NCBI RefSeq assembly: GCF_000738915.1
Contig: NW_026515634.1
Location: forward strand, 723,156-787,155
Direction of reading: 5' to 3'
DNA from: Nematocida ausubeli
Taxonomy: Eukaryota
DNA: 64,000 bases
The translations under genes were made by a program, and so were the position numbers. Positions 62,502-64,000 of this stretch are shown piece after piece (position 1 is the first letter of the stretch; every line of letters starts with the position of its first letter). The notes beneath the pieces were generated by a model, which was given only the letters and a program-made list of their open reading frames with translations, was not told the origin of the DNA and made no database searches.

Positions 62502-62954
62502 ATGGAAGCAAATAAAACAGGAAGAAGATGGACTTTTACTGTAAATGGCGTGAATCTCAAACAAACAATTGAAGAAAGGCTTAGGAAAGACAAAAGAGTA
62601 AGATATTGCATCTTTAATGTGTTCAAAAAAGACAAAATAATAATAAAAGGATATATTGAGTTTAAAACCTCAGTCAAAAAAACAGGAGTTTACAAAGTGC
62701 TTGGACTAAGTATACACGTGAAGGTTCTAATTGAAAGAAGAGAAAGAGAAGAAATAATAAAAGAAATTAAAGACCTCGCATACAGATGCGCAAGCAGCAC
62801 AGTGGAAATAGGGGAAAGATACTTAAAAAAAGGAGGCAGACCAAGAAAGGACAAAAAGTCAGCAACTACTGCAGTCTTGAAGAATATGATAGACTTAAAT
62901 AACTATTATATTGTCACATCCTTAAGAACCGAGTTTGACATATTCTACTACTAG
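62502..62954 (+). CDS. CRESS-DNA-virus (circovirus-like) Rep endonuclease-domain-like protein, degenerate
   Basis: RRWTFTVN (motif I), VRYCIF, IIKGYIEFK at the HLQGYIEF position, V.K.LG..IHV, EIGE, then GGRPRK. Confidence 0.6.
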   Translation: MEANKTGRRWTFTVNGVNLKQTIEERLRKDKRVRYCIFNVFKKDKIIIKGYIEFKTSVKKTGVYKVLGLSIHVKVLIERREREEIIKEIKDLAYRCASSTVEIGERYLKKGGRPRKDKKSATTAVLKNMIDLNNYYIVTSLRTEFDIFYY

Positions 62955-63112
62955 CACAGTATACGCTCAAACAAATGTAAATCACTTTCTATCACAAAAA
63001 TAGTAATCTTGAATTATTGCATGCAGGAACATGGCTGAGTAATAATATAGCACAAAGGAAAGTCCTGCATTCTTTAATCTAAGGGTATTATAATTAAATA
63101 TTCTTTTATTCT

Positions 63113-63262
63113 TTAATATCTGCTTAGCTCTTTGGCCATTTCTATTACACCATTACAAGAGATGTTTCTGTCTGAGACAAGCTCAATGAACTCCAAGAGC
63201 TGTTCTTTTTTCATTCCTGTCTGAATTATTTCTTCTGCTTCTATTATTATGTCTTTGTTCAT
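63113..63262 (-). CDS. MZT1: Mzt1/MOZART1-like gamma-tubulin complex microprotein (49 aa)
   Basis: Manual translation MNKDIIIEAEEIIQTGMKKEQLLEFIELVSDRNISCNGVIEMAKELSRY* follows the Mzt1 pattern E.S.ILNTGLD.E.L..C..L.E.GINP.AL..VIKELR. Below the 60-aa ORF cutoff. Confidence 0.7.
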   Translation of the reverse strand: MNKDIIIEAEEIIQTGMKKEQLLEFIELVSDRNISCNGVIEMAKELSRY

Positions 63263-64000
63263 TATTCCATGCAGTGCAAAAAGTATTTATATAAAGCCAG
63301 AAAGAAGTGCAGAAAATAAGCACTAATATTCGGGTTATAGTTAGACTAGTGCATCTTAGATATTAGAAGCAGTTATTCATTGCAGTCTACAGATATTCTA
63401 GAAGAGTCTTAGGAAAGAGACACTAGTGCCTTTCAGTGACTTATATATTTAAGAATTCGCAGATATATAATTAAATTTGTATGCGAGTATATGCTATGCA
63501 TATAGTAAAAGCAATGTATATATGAAATAACTTGTATTTTAGTACAGAAAAATAAGCAGAATAAATTAGCCATAAAAAGACAGTGAAATTCACACTTTTC
63601 TCTTCCTAAGACACAAAGTCACTAGTGAATACAGAAGAGTATTATAAAAGCAGCACATATGAAAATGAAGAGTCAGAAAAGCAAAAAGACTAAAAGTCCC
63701 CATATACCCAGAGACACATATATCTACAACAAAATATTCTTATACTCTATATAGTACTAGAAAGACTAAAAAGCCATTCCTTTGGGAACATAAAAAATCA
63801 ACATATTTCTATATAGATTTATACATATTCTGTATGCAGTTACTTAAAAACCTGTTAGACAATTATGATCATATATTAATGAAATTTTTATTAAAAACGG
63901 ATGAAAAGAGAAACAGCCGCTGCAGAACAGAATAGTAGCCAGAGTGAATTAAATCGATTACTCCAGGATGACTCCTTAAGGACCACAAAGCACAGATCTT

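Noticed and set aside
62000..63100. Circovirus-type origin (TAGTATTAC stem-loop) or capsid gene near the Rep-like ORF
   Set aside because: None seen by eye, so there is no evidence for a whole integrated viral genome.

Overview
AT-rich, gene-dense eukaryotic scaffold with no introns that I could recognise and two N-gaps. Gene content and compaction point to a microsporidian, most likely Nematocida (inference). It holds three kinds of genes. (1) Housekeeping genes: Lsm1, Ste24-like M48 peptidase, proteasome alpha5, Tma20, SRP68-like, a ZnF-UBP deubiquitinase, Cds1, Mia40-like, Kish, two MscS-family genes, Bud31, GGT, CCT-beta, a syntaxin, a homeodomain gene, a divergent H4/H3 pair, a SNF2 helicase, DONSON-like, DUF2039, DHHC, Nob1, TERT, tRNA-Ser(GCU) and an Mzt1-like ORF missed by the ORF track. 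(2) Four members of a ~1000-aa lineage-specific gene family. (3) Two genes that appear captured from mobile DNA and catalytically eroded: a Gag-knuckle/integrase fusion and a CRESS-virus Rep-like ORF. The most striking unexplained structure lies at about 19-24.4 kb. There, intergenic DNA around the homeobox-H4-H3-SNF2 cluster carries arrays of two unrelated short motifs whose copies are spaced almost only 20/21 or 30/31 bp apart, i.e. whole helical turns of about 10.2 bp. The homeobox-histone block is also bracketed by an inverted repeat. Separately, a tRNA gene ends 27 bp before the TERT start codon, next to a telomerase-template-like TAACCCTAA. All family calls come from motif recognition by eye, not database searches.
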